This document shows positions 52,138 through 64,000 of a DNA stretch of 64,000 bases, one piece after another (position 1 is the first letter of the stretch; each line of letters opens with the position of its first letter). The DNA comes from Alphaproteobacteria bacterium (GTDB taxonomy: Bacteria; Pseudomonadota; Alphaproteobacteria; UBA8317). Position numbers and translations under genes: made by a program. The stretch spans positions 1 to 64,000 of the forward strand of contig JAYPQH010000022.1 in the NCBI GenBank assembly GCA_038131935.1. The letters run 5' to 3'. Under the pieces are notes generated by a model, which was not told the origin of the DNA, did no database searches, and saw nothing but the letters and a program-made list of their open reading frames with translations.

Positions 52138-52578
52138 TTATTTTATACGGACCACAACTTGTACCATGTCCAATGTTCGGCCCTCAGGCAAATGGGGCAA
52201 GGAAACAGCAAGTTCGTCATGAGGAATATCAATAAGTTTTTTTTCGCCTTCAACATAAAAATGGTGATGTGGTTCCAAATTGGTATCAAACCAACTCCGC
52301 TGACCATCAACTGCAATGCGCGCCAGAAGACCGTGCTCTGCCAGCATATTTAAATTGTTGTAGACGGTTGCAAGAGACATAGCACTTCCAGATGCAATAA
52401 GCTCCTGATACAATTCTTCAGCTGTAAGATGCCTCGTGCCGAAAGCATGTATGTGCTCTAAAAGAGAAATCCTCTGTTTGGTAGGCCGAAGACCAGAGTT
52501 TCGCAGCAACAGCACGAAATCTTCTTCTCTTCCAACCGACAGGTCATCTTGTGACTGGTTCAGCTCCATGTTACCCAT
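52138..52578 (-). CDS. irr: Fur-family iron response regulator Irr
   Basis: [30 protein letters not shown]; divergent from fabA as usual in Alphaproteobacteria. Confidence 0.85.
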   Translation of the reverse strand: MGNMELNQSQDDLSVGREEDFVLLLRNSGLRPTKQRISLLEHIHAFGTRHLTAEELYQELIASGSAMSLATVYNNLNMLAEHGLLARIAVDGQRSWFDTNLEPHHHFYVEGEKKLIDIPHDELAVSLPHLPEGRTLDMVQVVVRIK

Positions 52579-52671
52579 TACTCCAGCATTATGGTTGTTA
52601 TTGATACCGTAATATCAATAAGGAGTCAAAGGGGGCTCCCAAAAATGGCGCAGAGCGCTGCGGAGGTGATA

Positions 52672-53193
52672 ATGAGCAAGGCCGTTGATAGTTTTTCCTT
52701 CAATGATTTGATTGCATGTGGGGAAGGAAAACTTTTTGGTCCAGGAAATTGCAGACTTCCACTTCCACCAATGTTGATGTTTGATCGCATTACAAAAATT
52801 TCAGCAGATGGTGGTGATTTCGATAAGGGATATGTGGAGGCTGAATTTGATATAACACCTGACAGATGGTTTTTTGATTGTCACTTTAAAGATGATCCCG
52901 TTATGCCAGGCTGTCTTGGTCTTGATGCCTTATGGCAGCTTGTAGGATTTTGGATGGGGTGGAGTGGCCATCCAGGTTTGGGCCGTGCCCTAGGCTTGGG
53001 TGAACTTAAAATGCGGGGCATGGTACTTCCTTCAGCAAAAAAAGTTACCTATCGCGTTGATATTTTTAGAACGATTACCCGGCGCTTGATTATGGCAACA
53101 GCGACAGGACGCGTTTATTGTGATGGTGAAGAAATATATACTGCCACTGATTTACGTGTCGGCTTATTCAAACAAGAGGAACAGCATTCATGA
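52672..53193 (+). CDS. fabA: 3-hydroxyacyl-ACP dehydratase/isomerase
   Basis: [28 protein letters not shown]; GGAGG RBS. Confidence 0.96.
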   Translation: MSKAVDSFSFNDLIACGEGKLFGPGNCRLPLPPMLMFDRITKISADGGDFDKGYVEAEFDITPDRWFFDCHFKDDPVMPGCLGLDALWQLVGFWMGWSGHPGLGRALGLGELKMRGMVLPSAKKVTYRVDIFRTITRRLIMATATGRVYCDGEEIYTATDLRVGLFKQEEQHS

Positions 53194-54404
53194 CCCGGAG
53201 AGTCGTTGTCACTGGGATGGGAATCGTCTCATCAATTGGTAATAACAGAGCTGAGGTAACTGCATCGCTACAAGACGGGCGATCAGGCATCACGGCTGCA
53301 CCAGAATATACTGCTTTAGGTTTTCGTAGCCAAGTTCATGGAAACCCATCACTAAAACCGGAGGATGCAGCGGACAGACGTGTCCGGAGGTTTATGGGTG
53401 ATGGCGCTGCATGGAATTACCGTGCCATGCAAGAAGCCATCGAAGATGCTGGGTTGGAACCAGAGCATATTTCCAATCCACGCACCGGTATGGTCATGGG
53501 ATCTGGTGGGCCATCTACCCGAGCGATCGTCCAGGCAGCTGACGTGACGCGGGAAAAAGGACCCAAACGGGTTGGGCCATTCGTTGTACCTCAGGCCATG
53601 TCTTCAACCAATTCCGCAACACTCTCTACGCCGTTTAAGATAAAAGGAACCAGCTACTCTATTTCCTCTGCTTGCGCGACCTCAGCGCATTGTATTGGAA
53701 ACGCTGCAGATCTCATTAAACTTGGCCGTCAAGATATTATGTTCGCAGGTGGTGGAGAGGAATTAGACTGGACACTTTCTGTCCTTTTTGATGCCATGGG
53801 CGCGATGAGTGCAAAATATAATGATACTCCTTCAGTCGCTTCAAGAGCCTATGACCGTGACAGAGATGGATTTGTGATCGCAGGTGGCGCGGGGGTCCTA
53901 ATACTTGAAGAATTGAGCCATGCCAAAGCCAGAGGCGCAAAGATTTACGCGGAACTCACAGGATATGGCGCAACCTCTGATGGACATGATATGGTCCAGC
54001 CTAGTGGTGAGGGTGCTGTACGCTGCATGCGTGAAGCGCTCAGTACAGCTACACAACCGATAGGATATATCAACCCTCACGCAACCTCGACACCTATTGG
54101 TGATGAAAAAGAAGCTGAAGCCTTGCGCCAGGTCTTTGGTACGGACATTCCACCTTTGTCTGGAACAAAGTCCTTAAGTGGTCACTCTTTGGGTGCAGCT
54201 GGTGTGCAAGAGGCTATTTACAGTCTTATCATGATGCACGAGAAATTTTTATGCGCGAGTGCCCATATCGAAAACCGTGACCCCTTATTCGCCGACCTTC
54301 CCATCATCGAAGGACAAGCACGACAAGAAACAGTCAATGCTGTCATGTCAAATTCTTTTGGCTTTGGCGGCACAAATGCAACCCTTGTTTTTGAACGCAT
54401 TTGA
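53190..54404 (+). CDS. fabB: Beta-ketoacyl-ACP synthase I
   Basis: [29 protein letters not shown]. Confidence 0.96.
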   Translation: MTRRVVVTGMGIVSSIGNNRAEVTASLQDGRSGITAAPEYTALGFRSQVHGNPSLKPEDAADRRVRRFMGDGAAWNYRAMQEAIEDAGLEPEHISNPRTGMVMGSGGPSTRAIVQAADVTREKGPKRVGPFVVPQAMSSTNSATLSTPFKIKGTSYSISSACATSAHCIGNAADLIKLGRQDIMFAGGGEELDWTLSVLFDAMGAMSAKYNDTPSVASRAYDRDRDGFVIAGGAGVLILEELSHAKARGAKIYAELTGYGATSDGHDMVQPSGEGAVRCMREALSTATQPIGYINPHATSTPIGDEKEAEALRQVFGTDIPPLSGTKSLSGHSLGAAGVQEAIYSLIMMHEKFLCASAHIENRDPLFADLPIIEGQARQETVNAVMSNSFGFGGTNATLVFERI

Positions 54405-54425
54405 GGTCTTTGAGAGGACAATACT

Positions 54426-55235
54426 ATGCATGGAATTCTAGCAGGAAAACGTGGCCTCATCATGGGCGTTGCCAATGACCATTCCATCGCTTGGGGCATT
54501 GCAAAAACATGTGCAGATCAAGGGGCATCTCTTGCGTTTACCTATCAAGGATCATCCTTTGGAAAACGTGTGGAACCCCTCGCCGAAAGCGTTGGATCAT
54601 CTCTTATTTTGCCTTGTGATGTATCCTCTGATGATGATTTAGATAGGGTTTTTTCAGAATTACAAACGCATTGGGACAACCTGGACTTTGTTGTCCACGC
54701 TATTGCTTACGCCAACAAAGAGGAACTAAAGGGCGAATATGTCAATACATCCCGTGCGAACTTTGCAATGGCTTTGGATATTTCTTGCTATTCGTTTACC
54801 GCAGTTGCCAATAGAGCCCGTCCCATGATGTCACAAGGTGGTTCTCTGCTAACGCTCAGTTATCTTGGAGCTGAGCGTGTGATGCCAAATTATAATCTTA
54901 TGGGTGTGGCCAAGGCAGCACTTGAAACATCCGTTCGTTATCTTGCGTCAAACCTTGGGCCAGAAGGTATTCGGGTTAATGCAATTTCAGCCGGACCGAT
55001 GCGAACCTTGGCAGGCTCCGCTATTGGTGATGCACGTGCCGTTTTCAAGTACAACAGAGACCATACGCCTTTACGGAACACCCCAGATTTAGATGATGTA
55101 GGCAATTCAGCACTTTATTTATTATCTGATCTTTCAAAAGCCGTAACCGGTGAAGTTCATCATGTTGATTGCGGTTTCCATGTTATAGGCATGCCAAATC
55201 CCAAAGATATTGCCCGTACAATTTTGGAACAATAA
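54426..55235 (+). CDS. fabI: Enoyl-ACP reductase
   Basis: GVAN..SIAWGIA, YN.MGVAKAALE, ISAGP.RTLA. Confidence 0.96.
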   Translation: MHGILAGKRGLIMGVANDHSIAWGIAKTCADQGASLAFTYQGSSFGKRVEPLAESVGSSLILPCDVSSDDDLDRVFSELQTHWDNLDFVVHAIAYANKEELKGEYVNTSRANFAMALDISCYSFTAVANRARPMMSQGGSLLTLSYLGAERVMPNYNLMGVAKAALETSVRYLASNLGPEGIRVNAISAGPMRTLAGSAIGDARAVFKYNRDHTPLRNTPDLDDVGNSALYLLSDLSKAVTGEVHHVDCGFHVIGMPNPKDIARTILEQ

Positions 55236-55255
55236 CAAAAACAAAAAGTTGGAAT

Positions 55256-55284
55256 AAAAAAACCCCGCAATTGCGGGGTTTTTT
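55256..55284. terminator. Bidirectional rho-independent terminator
   Basis: AAAAAACCCCGCAATTGCGGGGTTTTTT palindrome between convergent fabI and pnp. Confidence 0.9.
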
Positions 55285-55302
55285 GTAAAGGCTCAAACGT
55301 AA

Positions 55303-57414
55303 TTAGGAATCATCACCCTCGTCCTTCGCATAAGGGTCAACATAGCCCTCAACTTCTTTCATGGACAAACGTACTTTACCCCGATCATCGAATCCTACCA
55401 ATTTTACTTTGATCGTCTCTCCCTCTTTGACAAATTCCGATGGCTTATGCCCTCGTTCCGATGTCATTTGAGAGATATGAACCAGGCCATCCCGGGATCC
55501 AAAGAAATTAACAAAGGCACCGAAATCAACCACTTTCACCACGGTTCCATCATAGACCGCACCAACTTCTGGTTCCATTGTAATGCCCTCAATCCGCTTA
55601 CGTGCCGCATCAATGGACGCACCATCCGGTGAAGCTATTTTGATGGTACCATCGTCAGAAATATCAATCTTTGCACCGGTTGTTTCAACAATGTCCCGTA
55701 TGACTTTACCACCAGAACCGATAACATCTCGGATCTTATCAACTGGGATGGTCATTACCTCAATACGCGGTGCGTGGATTGAAAACTCATTAGCTGATGT
55801 CCGTGCTTTTGCCATTTCTCCAAGAATATGGAGACGTCCATCCTTTGCTTGAGCAAGAGCTTGTTGCATAATTTCTTCAGTGATGCCCGCGATCTTAATG
55901 TCCATTTGTAGACTTGTGACACCTGCTTCACTTCCCGCCACTTTGAAATCCATGTCACCAAGATGGTCTTCATCGCCAAGTATATCAGAGAGAACGGCAA
56001 ACCGGTCACCTTCTTTGATCAACCCCATTGCAATACCAGCAACCGGTCTTTTCAAAGGTACCCCAGCATCCAACATGCTTAGAGAACCTCCGCATACCGT
56101 CGCCATGGATGATGAACCGTTAGACTCAGTAATTTCTGAAACGACCCTAATGGTGTAAGGAAATTCATCAGCTGAAGGCAGAACAGCATTAAGAGCACGC
56201 CAGGCAAGTTTGCCGTGACCAATTTCACGGCGACCTGGACTTCCCACACGTCCCGTTTCTCCAACAGAGAACGGTGGAAAATTATAATGCAGCAAAAATC
56301 TTTGCTTACTGCCCCCATCAAGCCCATCAATGGTCTGTTCATCATCACCAGTGCCCAATGTTGCAACACATATGGACTGGGTTTCACCACGGGTGAACAG
56401 TGCAGAACCATGTGTCCGGGGTAAGATAGATGTCTCAGCCTCGATAGGACGTACTGTGGTCAGATCTCTTCCATCGATGCGGATCTTTTTGTCCAAAATA
56501 TCATTGCGAACAATATCAGCTTCAAGTTGCTTGAAAGCATCCATGACTTGAACCTGGTCATGTTCTTCAGCTGGGAAGCTCTCTATAACTTGAGCTTTGG
56601 CCACTGCAAGCTTTTCCTGCCTGGAAACTTTATCTTTGGTCGAGAAAGCCTCTCGTAGTTGATCACCAACCACTGCCTCTAGTTTTTCCTTCAAAGGCCC
56701 CTTGTCCTGTGGTGTCACCTGCCAAGGCTGTTTGCCTGCAACCTCAGCCAAATCAATGATGGCATCGATCACTGGTTGCATCTGCTGGTGGCCAAAAGTT
56801 ACAGCACCCAGCATCTCTGCTTCAGAAAGTTCTTTTGCCTCTGATTCTACCATCATCACAGCCTCAGCTGTGCCAGCTACAACAAGGTCAAGATCTGTGT
56901 TGGGAATATCATCATAGACAGGGTTTAAAATGTATTGTCCATTCTGATATCCAACCCTAGCACCACCGATAGGCCCCATAAAAGGAACGCCTGAAATAGT
57001 CAGTGCAGCTGACGCCGCAACCATGGCAACAATGTCAGGATCATTTTCATTATCAAAAGACATGACAGTACAAATAACTTGAACTTCGTTTCTGAACCCT
57101 TCAAAAAATAGGGGGCGTATAGGTCTATCAATAAGACGCGAAATCAAAGTTTCGCGTTCACTAGGTCTTCCTTCACGCTTAAAAAAGCCCCCAGGAATTC
57201 GCCCAGCAGCATAGGTACGCTCTTGGTAATTAACGGTTAAAGGAAAAAAGTCCTGACCTGGGTTGACATTTTTGGCAGCCACAACGGTTGCGAGTACCGA
57301 GGTCTCGCCATATGTTGCGAGTACCGCACCATCAGCTTGGCGTGCGATTTTCCCGGTTTCAAGTTTGAGCGTCCGCCCTCCCCAGGTAAGTTCCTTAACT
57401 TGGTGATTAAACAT
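55303..57414 (-). CDS. pnp: Polyribonucleotide nucleotidyltransferase
   Basis: [33 protein letters not shown] and S1 domains. Confidence 0.98.
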   Translation of the reverse strand: MFNHQVKELTWGGRTLKLETGKIARQADGAVLATYGETSVLATVVAAKNVNPGQDFFPLTVNYQERTYAAGRIPGGFFKREGRPSERETLISRLIDRPIRPLFFEGFRNEVQVICTVMSFDNENDPDIVAMVAASAALTISGVPFMGPIGGARVGYQNGQYILNPVYDDIPNTDLDLVVAGTAEAVMMVESEAKELSEAEMLGAVTFGHQQMQPVIDAIIDLAEVAGKQPWQVTPQDKGPLKEKLEAVVGDQLREAFSTKDKVSRQEKLAVAKAQVIESFPAEEHDQVQVMDAFKQLEADIVRNDILDKKIRIDGRDLTTVRPIEAETSILPRTHGSALFTRGETQSICVATLGTGDDEQTIDGLDGGSKQRFLLHYNFPPFSVGETGRVGSPGRREIGHGKLAWRALNAVLPSADEFPYTIRVVSEITESNGSSSMATVCGGSLSMLDAGVPLKRPVAGIAMGLIKEGDRFAVLSDILGDEDHLGDMDFKVAGSEAGVTSLQMDIKIAGITEEIMQQALAQAKDGRLHILGEMAKARTSANEFSIHAPRIEVMTIPVDKIRDVIGSGGKVIRDIVETTGAKIDISDDGTIKIASPDGASIDAARKRIEGITMEPEVGAVYDGTVVKVVDFGAFVNFFGSRDGLVHISQMTSERGHKPSEFVKEGETIKVKLVGFDDRGKVRLSMKEVEGYVDPYAKDEGDDS

Positions 57415-57522
57415 ATTTTTGATTTCCAATCCATCTGATCTGTTTTTCTCGTCAATCGCCCTCGATCAACGAAACCTGGCCTGCATTATCTCTATCAAAG
57501 GAGCACAGGCCAGATTATTTTT

Positions 57523-57792
57523 TTAGCGACGTAAGCCAAGTCGCTTAATTAACTGCGCATAACGGTCATGCTCTCGAACTTTCACGTAATCGAGAAGTTT
57601 ACGACGTTGATTAACAAGTTTGATGAGACCACGTCTTGAATGGTTATCTTTTGCATGTGTTTTAAAATGCTCTGTCAGGTTCACAATGCGTTCTGTAAGA
57701 ATAGCCACCTGTACTTCCGGCGAACCTGTATCCCCTTCCTTTGTGGCAAATTCCTTCATAAGTTCTTGTTTGCGTTCAGCTGTAATCGACAT
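57523..57792 (-). CDS. rpsO: 30S ribosomal protein S15
   Basis: [24 protein letters not shown]. Confidence 0.98.
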   Translation of the reverse strand: MSITAERKQELMKEFATKEGDTGSPEVQVAILTERIVNLTEHFKTHAKDNHSRRGLIKLVNQRRKLLDYVKVREHDRYAQLIKRLGLRR

Positions 57793-58706
57793 TATTTCTC
57801 TCCGACATCAAGGTTAAATTTTGTTTTTGGCTGGAACCTTCCCTCGCACACCGTGCCTAACGCAAGCGGGTTCCCATCTACACGAACCCATGCTTCGCCA
57901 TCAGGAAGGTCCAGATCAGCCGTTGTGATGGCTTGCCCATGTGCAACTTGCCAACCACGCCTACCATCGAGATCACGAACCGGGATGTCGTCCAGAACTG
58001 TCTCTAGTGGCAGGATGCTCTTTAAAGCATCTTCCCTATGGCGCATTTCTTCAAGTTTTTCTAGTCCCAAGGCCAATTCTTCAGAAAACCCAGAACTATA
58101 GACGCGCCGCAGCAATCCTACATGCGCGACACAACCTAAAGTTGCTGCCAAATCTTCCGCCAAAGCCCGTACGTAAAAACCTTTTGCACAGGTTACCTTT
58201 AATCTCGCTATGACACCGTCAAAATGCAAAAGTTCTAAGGAATCAACATGAACTTCACGGGAAGGCAACTCAAACTGCTCACCTGCCCGAGCGCGGTCAT
58301 AAGCGCGGCGACCATCTTGAAGAATAGCAGAATAACGAGGTGGCTGTTGAAAAAAAGTCCCGACAAACTTCGGTAATGCGTCCACAATTTGATCGCTCTT
58401 CGGTCTCAGGTGACTGGTCTTGATGGCCTCACCTTCACGATCGGCGGTGTCTGTTTGAACCCCAAAAATGACATCAAACACATAACTTTTTGAACCATCC
58501 ATAACACGATGGATAAGTTTTGTTGCCTCACCCAAAGCAATAACCAACAAACCTTCAGCCAAAGGATCTAACGTACCCGCATGACCTGCTTTTTGCGCGT
58601 CAAATATTCTTTTCACACGGGATACAGCTGGCGTTGAACCTAAACCAGACGGCTTGTCCAACAAAATCCAACCATGGATATGTTTTCCTTTTCGACGCCG
58701 TGCCAA
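57792..58706 (-). CDS. truB: tRNA pseudouridine(55) synthase
   Basis: [25 protein letters not shown]. Confidence 0.96.
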   Translation of the reverse strand: MARRRKGKHIHGWILLDKPSGLGSTPAVSRVKRIFDAQKAGHAGTLDPLAEGLLVIALGEATKLIHRVMDGSKSYVFDVIFGVQTDTADREGEAIKTSHLRPKSDQIVDALPKFVGTFFQQPPRYSAILQDGRRAYDRARAGEQFELPSREVHVDSLELLHFDGVIARLKVTCAKGFYVRALAEDLAATLGCVAHVGLLRRVYSSGFSEELALGLEKLEEMRHREDALKSILPLETVLDDIPVRDLDGRRGWQVAHGQAITTADLDLPDGEAWVRVDGNPLALGTVCEGRFQPKTKFNLDVGEK

Positions 58707-59069
58707 TTAGGAACGCCCTCTTGGGTTCAACAATTGGGTTATGCGATCAGCTTCAGCAAACGTGTTATCAGCAACAAAATGAAGTTCTGTAGCAAATTTC
58801 AAATGTACAGATCTTGCGACCTTACCCTTTAACTGATGCCTAAGTCGCGATAGCGCCTCAACGGCTTCTCTCGTTGCATCATCACCATGAGATGCCACAA
58901 AAACTTGTGCATGACGCAAATCTGGTGAAGGGCGAACCTCAGAAATCATGACGGCTCCACGCGTCAGGCAAGGCTCTTCATGCAAGTCTCCCCGCATGAG
59001 AAGTTCGCCAAGTACCCTTTTTATCAATTCGCCAACGCGCAACTGGCGTTGTGATGGTCCTGCCTGCAT
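58707..59069 (-). CDS. rbfA: Ribosome-binding factor A
   Basis: SQRQLRVGE, V..SPDLR.A.VFV, L.F..D. Confidence 0.95.
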   Translation of the reverse strand: MQAGPSQRQLRVGELIKRVLGELLMRGDLHEEPCLTRGAVMISEVRPSPDLRHAQVFVASHGDDATREAVEALSRLRHQLKGKVARSVHLKFATELHFVADNTFAEADRITQLLNPRGRS

Positions 59070-59086
59070 CGGTTTAACTCTTCAAC

Positions 59087-61723
59087 CTATGCTTCCAACG
59101 TCCGAGCAATGGTTTCAACTTCAAACAATTCAATCACATCGCCTTCATGGATATCTTGGTAATTTTCAAACGCCATACCACATTCCTGTCCCGCAAAGGC
59201 TTCTTTAACCTCATCTTTAAATCGTCTCAACGTTGACAATGTACCTTCGTGGATAACCACGGAATCACGTATAAGTCGCACTTTGGCGGAGCGTCTCGCA
59301 ACACCCTCCGTGATACGACAACCTGCAACTTTTCCAGTTTTTGAAATATTAAATACTTGCAAGATTTGAGCATTGCCAAGAAATGTTTCACGTAAAGTAG
59401 GATCAAGTAAGCCCTCAAGCGTGGCTTTGATGTCGTCAACCAAGTCATAGATAACGCTGTAGTAACGGACCTCTACTTGCTCCTTTTCTGCCAACTGTCG
59501 CGCAGGTGCATTCGCACGAACATTAAATGCAAGAATAGGTGCCTGGGATGCATTGGCAAGCGTCACATCAGATTCGGTTACCCCACCAACGCCCGAGTGC
59601 AAGACACGCACAGCGACTTCTTCTGTTCCCATTTTTTCAAGAGCTGCAACAATAGCCTCAGAAGAGCCTTGTACGTCGGCCTTGACCACCACTGGAACCT
59701 CTTTGCGCTCTCCTTCTTTCAATTGCGACATCAATTGGTCCAGAGATTTTGCAACAGGCGCGTTGATCCGATCACGTTCTTTTCTTTTTCTATATTCTAC
59801 AATTTCACGGGCTTTTGCCTCGTTTTCAACAACAAGGAACTCATCTCCCGCACTCGGTGCGCTATCAAGGCCTAGAAGTTCTACGGGAACCGATGGGCCT
59901 GCGTTGTCAATGCGTTCTCCAGTATCGGATACCAAAGCACGAACCTTACCCCAAGCTGCGCCTGCCACGACAATATCACCGGTCCTAAGTGTACCTTTTT
60001 GAACCAACATCGTTCCAACAGCACCGCGGCCTCGATCCAACTGTGCTTCAACCACGACACCTTGGGCGCGACGCTCTGGATTGGCACGCAGCTCCAGCAA
60101 TTCAGCTTGCAGCAAAATGGCCTCTTCCAACTTATCAAGACCCGTTTTTTTCAATGCCGAAATCTCAACATCAAGGATCTCACCGCCAAGGGTTTCCACA
60201 TAAATCTCATGCTGTAGCAATTCGTTACGCACCCGAGATGGGTCGGCTTCATGCTTATCCATTTTGTTGATTGCTACAATAATAGGCACACTTGCAGCTT
60301 TCGCATGTGAGATAGCCTCTATTGTCTGTGGCATAACACCATCATCAGCTGCAACAACCAAAATCACAATATCTGTAACCTTCGCGCCCCTTGCCCTCAT
60401 GGAGGTAAAGGCCGCGTGACCGGGTGTATCGATGAAGGTAATATGATTTTGATCTTCCGTGGTAACTTGATAAGCGCCAATATGTTGTGTGATCCCACCA
60501 GCTTCACGCGCAACAACATTTGCTTGTCTCAATGCATCAAGAAGTGACGTTTTACCATGATCAACATGACCCATTACCGTAACGATAGGCGCCCGTGGTA
60601 GAAGATCACCATCTTCATCATCCTCTCCTTGGATACCCTCTTCAACATCTGACTCCGCAACCAATTTAACCCGGTGACCCATCGTCTCTGCAATCAACTG
60701 GGCTGTCTCATTATCAATGACCTGGTTGATCGTGGCCATCACACCAAGCTTCATGAGCTCTCTGATCACATCTGCAGCGCGCTCTGCCATACGGTTCGCT
60801 AATTCTTGTACCGTGATGACTTCCGGTATCACAACATCTCTGGTGACCTTTTGTCGAGGCTCGTTGTTTAATTTTGTCTGTTTCAATTGACGTTCACGCT
60901 GACGACGCATAGACGCCATCGAACGCTGCCGCTCACCCTCTTCATTCAGTGCATCAGCAACAGAAAATTTCCTCTTGCTTTGCCTCTGTTCACCTCTCCT
61001 GGCAGACGCGGGTTTAACTGACTCGTCTTCATCGTTGTTTTTTACCCGCACCCGTTGCGGTTGTTGTGTCTGAATTGTTGGCAAGATTGGTTCATCAACC
61101 AACACAGTGTCTCGCAAAACATCCTTTGGTTTGGCGCTCACAGCAGGCTTTTTTTCCTCGACAGGTGGTGCTTGCCTTACTGCATCTGGACCAGACCTTC
61201 TACGCGGCAGTCCGGCACTACGTTCTGCAGCCTTTTCCGGTGCTTTTGGTTTTTCAACTGCTAATTTTTTCTCTGCTTCTTTTTCTTCAGCTTTTTGTTG
61301 TTCTTCAGCTTTTTTCCGCGCAGCTTCCGCTTCGCGCTCAGCCCTCTCTTTTTCTTCTTTGAGTTTTTGTTCCTTATCACGCGCTTCGCGATCGTCTTGT
61401 TCAGCCTTCCGCCGCGCCTCACCAGCTTGCCGCAAACGATCAAACGAACTTGTTGTAACACCAGATTTTGCGCGCTCAAGAACTTTTTGTCTGGCTTCCC
61501 ACTCTTCCTTGGTTAACCCACCGGGATAAGTCTTCTGAGCGGTTCTACTTTGTTGTGTGTCACCTTGTGCCACCACACGCTTACGCTTCTTCTGGACCAC
61601 AACCTGCGCACCACCATTGGCTCTAGAGCCACTCCTTGCACCTGCAGATCCAGCCCCTGGGCGCAAAGATAAGGTTTTGCGTCCTTCAGGTTTTGCCGGT
61701 GTTTTTTGTCCTTCATCACTCAT
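59087..61723 (-). CDS. infB: Translation initiation factor IF-2
   Basis: [21 protein letters not shown]. Confidence 0.98.
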   Translation of the reverse strand: MSDEGQKTPAKPEGRKTLSLRPGAGSAGARSGSRANGGAQVVVQKKRKRVVAQGDTQQSRTAQKTYPGGLTKEEWEARQKVLERAKSGVTTSSFDRLRQAGEARRKAEQDDREARDKEQKLKEEKERAEREAEAARKKAEEQQKAEEKEAEKKLAVEKPKAPEKAAERSAGLPRRRSGPDAVRQAPPVEEKKPAVSAKPKDVLRDTVLVDEPILPTIQTQQPQRVRVKNNDEDESVKPASARRGEQRQSKRKFSVADALNEEGERQRSMASMRRQRERQLKQTKLNNEPRQKVTRDVVIPEVITVQELANRMAERAADVIRELMKLGVMATINQVIDNETAQLIAETMGHRVKLVAESDVEEGIQGEDDEDGDLLPRAPIVTVMGHVDHGKTSLLDALRQANVVAREAGGITQHIGAYQVTTEDQNHITFIDTPGHAAFTSMRARGAKVTDIVILVVAADDGVMPQTIEAISHAKAASVPIIVAINKMDKHEADPSRVRNELLQHEIYVETLGGEILDVEISALKKTGLDKLEEAILLQAELLELRANPERRAQGVVVEAQLDRGRGAVGTMLVQKGTLRTGDIVVAGAAWGKVRALVSDTGERIDNAGPSVPVELLGLDSAPSAGDEFLVVENEAKAREIVEYRKRKERDRINAPVAKSLDQLMSQLKEGERKEVPVVVKADVQGSSEAIVAALEKMGTEEVAVRVLHSGVGGVTESDVTLANASQAPILAFNVRANAPARQLAEKEQVEVRYYSVIYDLVDDIKATLEGLLDPTLRETFLGNAQILQVFNISKTGKVAGCRITEGVARRSAKVRLIRDSVVIHEGTLSTLRRFKDEVKEAFAGQECGMAFENYQDIHEGDVIELFEVETIARTLEA

Positions 61724-62325
61724 GCTTGTTCCAGCCTGTCTTCCATATGTTCGTGTAACAATCCTCGTTCGAGGGCATCAAGACGGGTCACCTCGTCCAA
61801 GATCTGTGCCGTAAGCCCTGATGCGGTCAAGCCTACATGAACTACATGTTCCTGACCCAGTGCTTGCGATAGGTCTGATGATGTCATCAAACGACAAATC
61901 TCTGCTTCCGCTGTAACCGGTTTTAATTTTCGAATACTGTCATCTGCCGCCTCCTGCGCGTGAAACACAAGCGCATAAGGTCCATCTGCCAACATTTTTC
62001 CTGCTCCGTGTGTCAATTCCCCCGCTTTCCGAGACATTCCCAACAAATTTCTCACCCGCTGCATAAGCCCTTGCCGCACCCGCACAATATCTTCAAGTGC
62101 TATTGGCGCGATATGACGCATCTGTTTAGACGGCTTTGCCATAAGTTTGGGCAAACATTCATAATGTGTCCAATAGCCTTTACCTGGCAATTTCCTTGCT
62201 ACATCCACAACCCACTGATTTTGTTGCTCAGGATGCAAAACAAGACGTACCATCAATACGTGATCTTGGCTTTGAGCACAGACAATACATCGTCTCTCAG
62301 GTTTGCGCTGTCCCTTGTGATTGAT
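61720..62325 (-). CDS. YlxR/DUF448 RNA-binding protein fused to L7Ae-like domain
   Basis: [31 protein letters not shown]; between nusA and infB; start uncertain (GTG 62394 inside nusA, or ATC 62325). Confidence 0.85.
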   Translation of the reverse strand: MNHKGQRKPERRCIVCAQSQDHVLMVRLVLHPEQQNQWVVDVARKLPGKGYWTHYECLPKLMAKPSKQMRHIAPIALEDIVRVRQGLMQRVRNLLGMSRKAGELTHGAGKMLADGPYALVFHAQEAADDSIRKLKPVTAEAEICRLMTSSDLSQALGQEHVVHVGLTASGLTAQILDEVTRLDALERGLLHEHMEDRLEQA

Positions 62326-62329
62326 AGCT

Positions 62330-63913
62330 TTATTCCTCTTCCACTTCTTGCTCACCCTCTTGCTGCTGCAAAAATGCTTCAAGATCTTCTTCACTCATCC
62401 AGCCAATGGCTATACGTGCTCGGATGATGAGCATTTCTGCCTCAGCTAGATCCAACATACCATCCAAAATAGGTGGCTCACCATCTTCACCCGTAGCCAA
62501 TTCCTCTGCCACCAACCCAGCAAAGTCATCCAAACTTTTGATATCATGTTCTGCCAGCTTAATCAGCATCGCACCTGTAAGCCCATCAAAAGATACCAAA
62601 TCTTCTTGAGCACCCAAATTTCTTGACTGGCTCCGATACTCTTCATCTTGGGCACTCAAAAACGCACGTGCCCTGTCTTGGAGAGCATCTGCTAGCTCTT
62701 CATCAAATCCATCAATACCAGCCACTTCTTCGAGTGCAACATAGGCAACTTCTTCAATATCGGTGAAGCCCTCAGAAGCCAACAGCTGGGCTATCATTTC
62801 ATCAACGTCAAGAGCGTTGATAAAGAGTTCTGTCCGCTGTCTAAACTCTTCCTGACGGCGTTCAGATTCCTCTTGTTCTGTAAGAATGTCTATTTCCCAT
62901 CCCGTCAATTGGCTAGCCAATCGTACGTTTTGGCCACCTCTCCCAATAGCGATAGATAAGTTATCATCTGCTACCACAACCTCAATACGACCTGCGTCTT
63001 CATCCATGACAACTTTTGCCACATTTGCAGGTGCTAAAGCGTTAATGATGAATGTTGCTGGGTCATCCGTCCAATTGATGATATCAATCTTTTCACCTTG
63101 CAATTCATTGACCACCGCTTGGACACGGCTTCCGCGCATCCCCACACAGGCACCCACCGGATCTATCGAGTTATCTCGGGACAAAACAGCAATCTTGGCA
63201 CGGCTTCCTGGATCACGCGCCACGGCCTTGACCTCAATAACACCTTCATAAATTTCTGGCACTTCCATACCAAAAAGCTTTGCCATAAAGTCCGGTGCTG
63301 TTCGCGAAAGAAAAATTTGATGGCCTCTACCTTCATTGGTGACTTTGCTTATAACAGCGCGGAAACGATCACCAACACGGAACGCTTCCCGGCGGATAAG
63401 TTGCTCACGTCGACAAATAGCCTCAGCTCTTCCCAAGTCCACAATCACATGGCCATATTCAACCCGACGAACAACGCCATTGATAATTTCACCAACGCGG
63501 TCCTTGTACTCATTATACTGACGTTCACGTTCTGCATCTCGAACCCTCTGCACAATCACCTGTTTGGCTGTTTGTGCAGCAATCCGCCCAAAATCAATTG
63601 GTGGCAACTCTTCGGTAATAAACTCACCAGTTTGTATCTCTGGATGATCAAGACGCGCGGTCTCTAAAGCCATTTGCTGCGCAGGATTTTCAACAACATC
63701 GACGATTTCCGTGAACCTCTTAAGACTTATTATTCCAGACCGCTCATCTATGATAGCACGAATATCATACTCCATACCGTAACGTGAACGTGCCGCCCGT
63801 TGGATCGCTTCCGCCATGGCTTCAAGAACGATAGTCTTATCAATAGATTTTTCACGAGCTACCGCATCAGCAATTTGTAACAGCTCAAGTCGGTTTGCAC
63901 CTACCACGCTCAT
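62330..63913 (-). CDS. nusA: Transcription elongation factor NusA
   Basis: FGRIAAQTAKQ, ARDPGSRAK, GACVG.RG.R, AIGR.GQNVRLA. Confidence 0.98.
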   Translation of the reverse strand: MSVVGANRLELLQIADAVAREKSIDKTIVLEAMAEAIQRAARSRYGMEYDIRAIIDERSGIISLKRFTEIVDVVENPAQQMALETARLDHPEIQTGEFITEELPPIDFGRIAAQTAKQVIVQRVRDAERERQYNEYKDRVGEIINGVVRRVEYGHVIVDLGRAEAICRREQLIRREAFRVGDRFRAVISKVTNEGRGHQIFLSRTAPDFMAKLFGMEVPEIYEGVIEVKAVARDPGSRAKIAVLSRDNSIDPVGACVGMRGSRVQAVVNELQGEKIDIINWTDDPATFIINALAPANVAKVVMDEDAGRIEVVVADDNLSIAIGRGGQNVRLASQLTGWEIDILTEQEESERRQEEFRQRTELFINALDVDEMIAQLLASEGFTDIEEVAYVALEEVAGIDGFDEELADALQDRARAFLSAQDEEYRSQSRNLGAQEDLVSFDGLTGAMLIKLAEHDIKSLDDFAGLVAEELATGEDGEPPILDGMLDLAEAEMLIIRARIAIGWMSEEDLEAFLQQQEGEQEVEEE

Positions 63914-64000
63914 TCATCTTCTCCTTCAACAAATTCCTTTGAAGATTCCATGGATAATCTTGCTTGTTCCATGAGATCATCATTCATTACCAACTTCGCT
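63910..64000 (-). CDS. rimP: Ribosome maturation factor RimP, 3' end only
   Basis: Reads AKLVMNDDLMEQ...EDE* with ATGA overlap into nusA; canonical position. Confidence 0.75.
   Translation of the reverse strand, partial: AKLVMNDDLMEQARLSMESSKEFVEGEDE

Noticed and set aside
57476-57513. CTGGCCTG...CAGGCCAG inverted repeat between rpsO and pnp
   Set aside because: Plausible processing or terminator stem, but with a long irregular loop and no U-tract; ordinary for this position and not supportable as a named element.
61055-61814. Antisense ORFs rich in S/F/A/L over infB
   Set aside because: Shadow frames of the charged low-complexity IF2 N-terminus.
1-64000. CRISPR arrays, rRNA, tRNA, IS elements, riboswitches
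   Set aside because: No regularly spaced repeats, cloverleaf motifs or transposase ORFs recognised by eye; an Infernal/tRNAscan run would be needed to exclude small RNAs in spacers such as 16650-16818, 28883-29138, 36553-36839 and 41657-41871.

Overview
64 kb of an alphaproteobacterial chromosome, assigned from gene content and synteny (irr-fabABI, ubiE-ubiB-coaBC-dut-rrf2-cysK, rimP-nusA-ylxR-infB-rbfA-truB-rpsO-pnp, form II coxSLM, TRAP transporter). Bases 1-~4996 are a deletion-riddled inverted copy of ~5255-11728, most likely a long-read fold-back artefact, so ORFs there are not real. From ~5.0 to 16.6 kb lies the most unusual locus: a divergent, compact type IVb (R64 pil/BFP-like) pilus operon headed by a second secretion ATPase and an IcmT-like gene. 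It is transcribed back-to-back with Dot/Icm (type IVB secretion) core-complex-like genes (DotH/IcmK-like, hidden by a frameshift, and DotG/IcmE-like). The AT-rich spacer between them carries DnaA boxes, and no mobility genes are visible. Next come a probable pyroglutamate TRAP transporter with pxpABC, a CoA-dependent catabolic cluster, coxSLM, housekeeping genes, and an Irr gene with a perfect ICE box ahead of rubrerythrin/Fe-S oxidoreductase/DUF3501. No rRNA, tRNA, CRISPR or transposase was recognised. All family assignments are by-eye motif recognition, not database searches.
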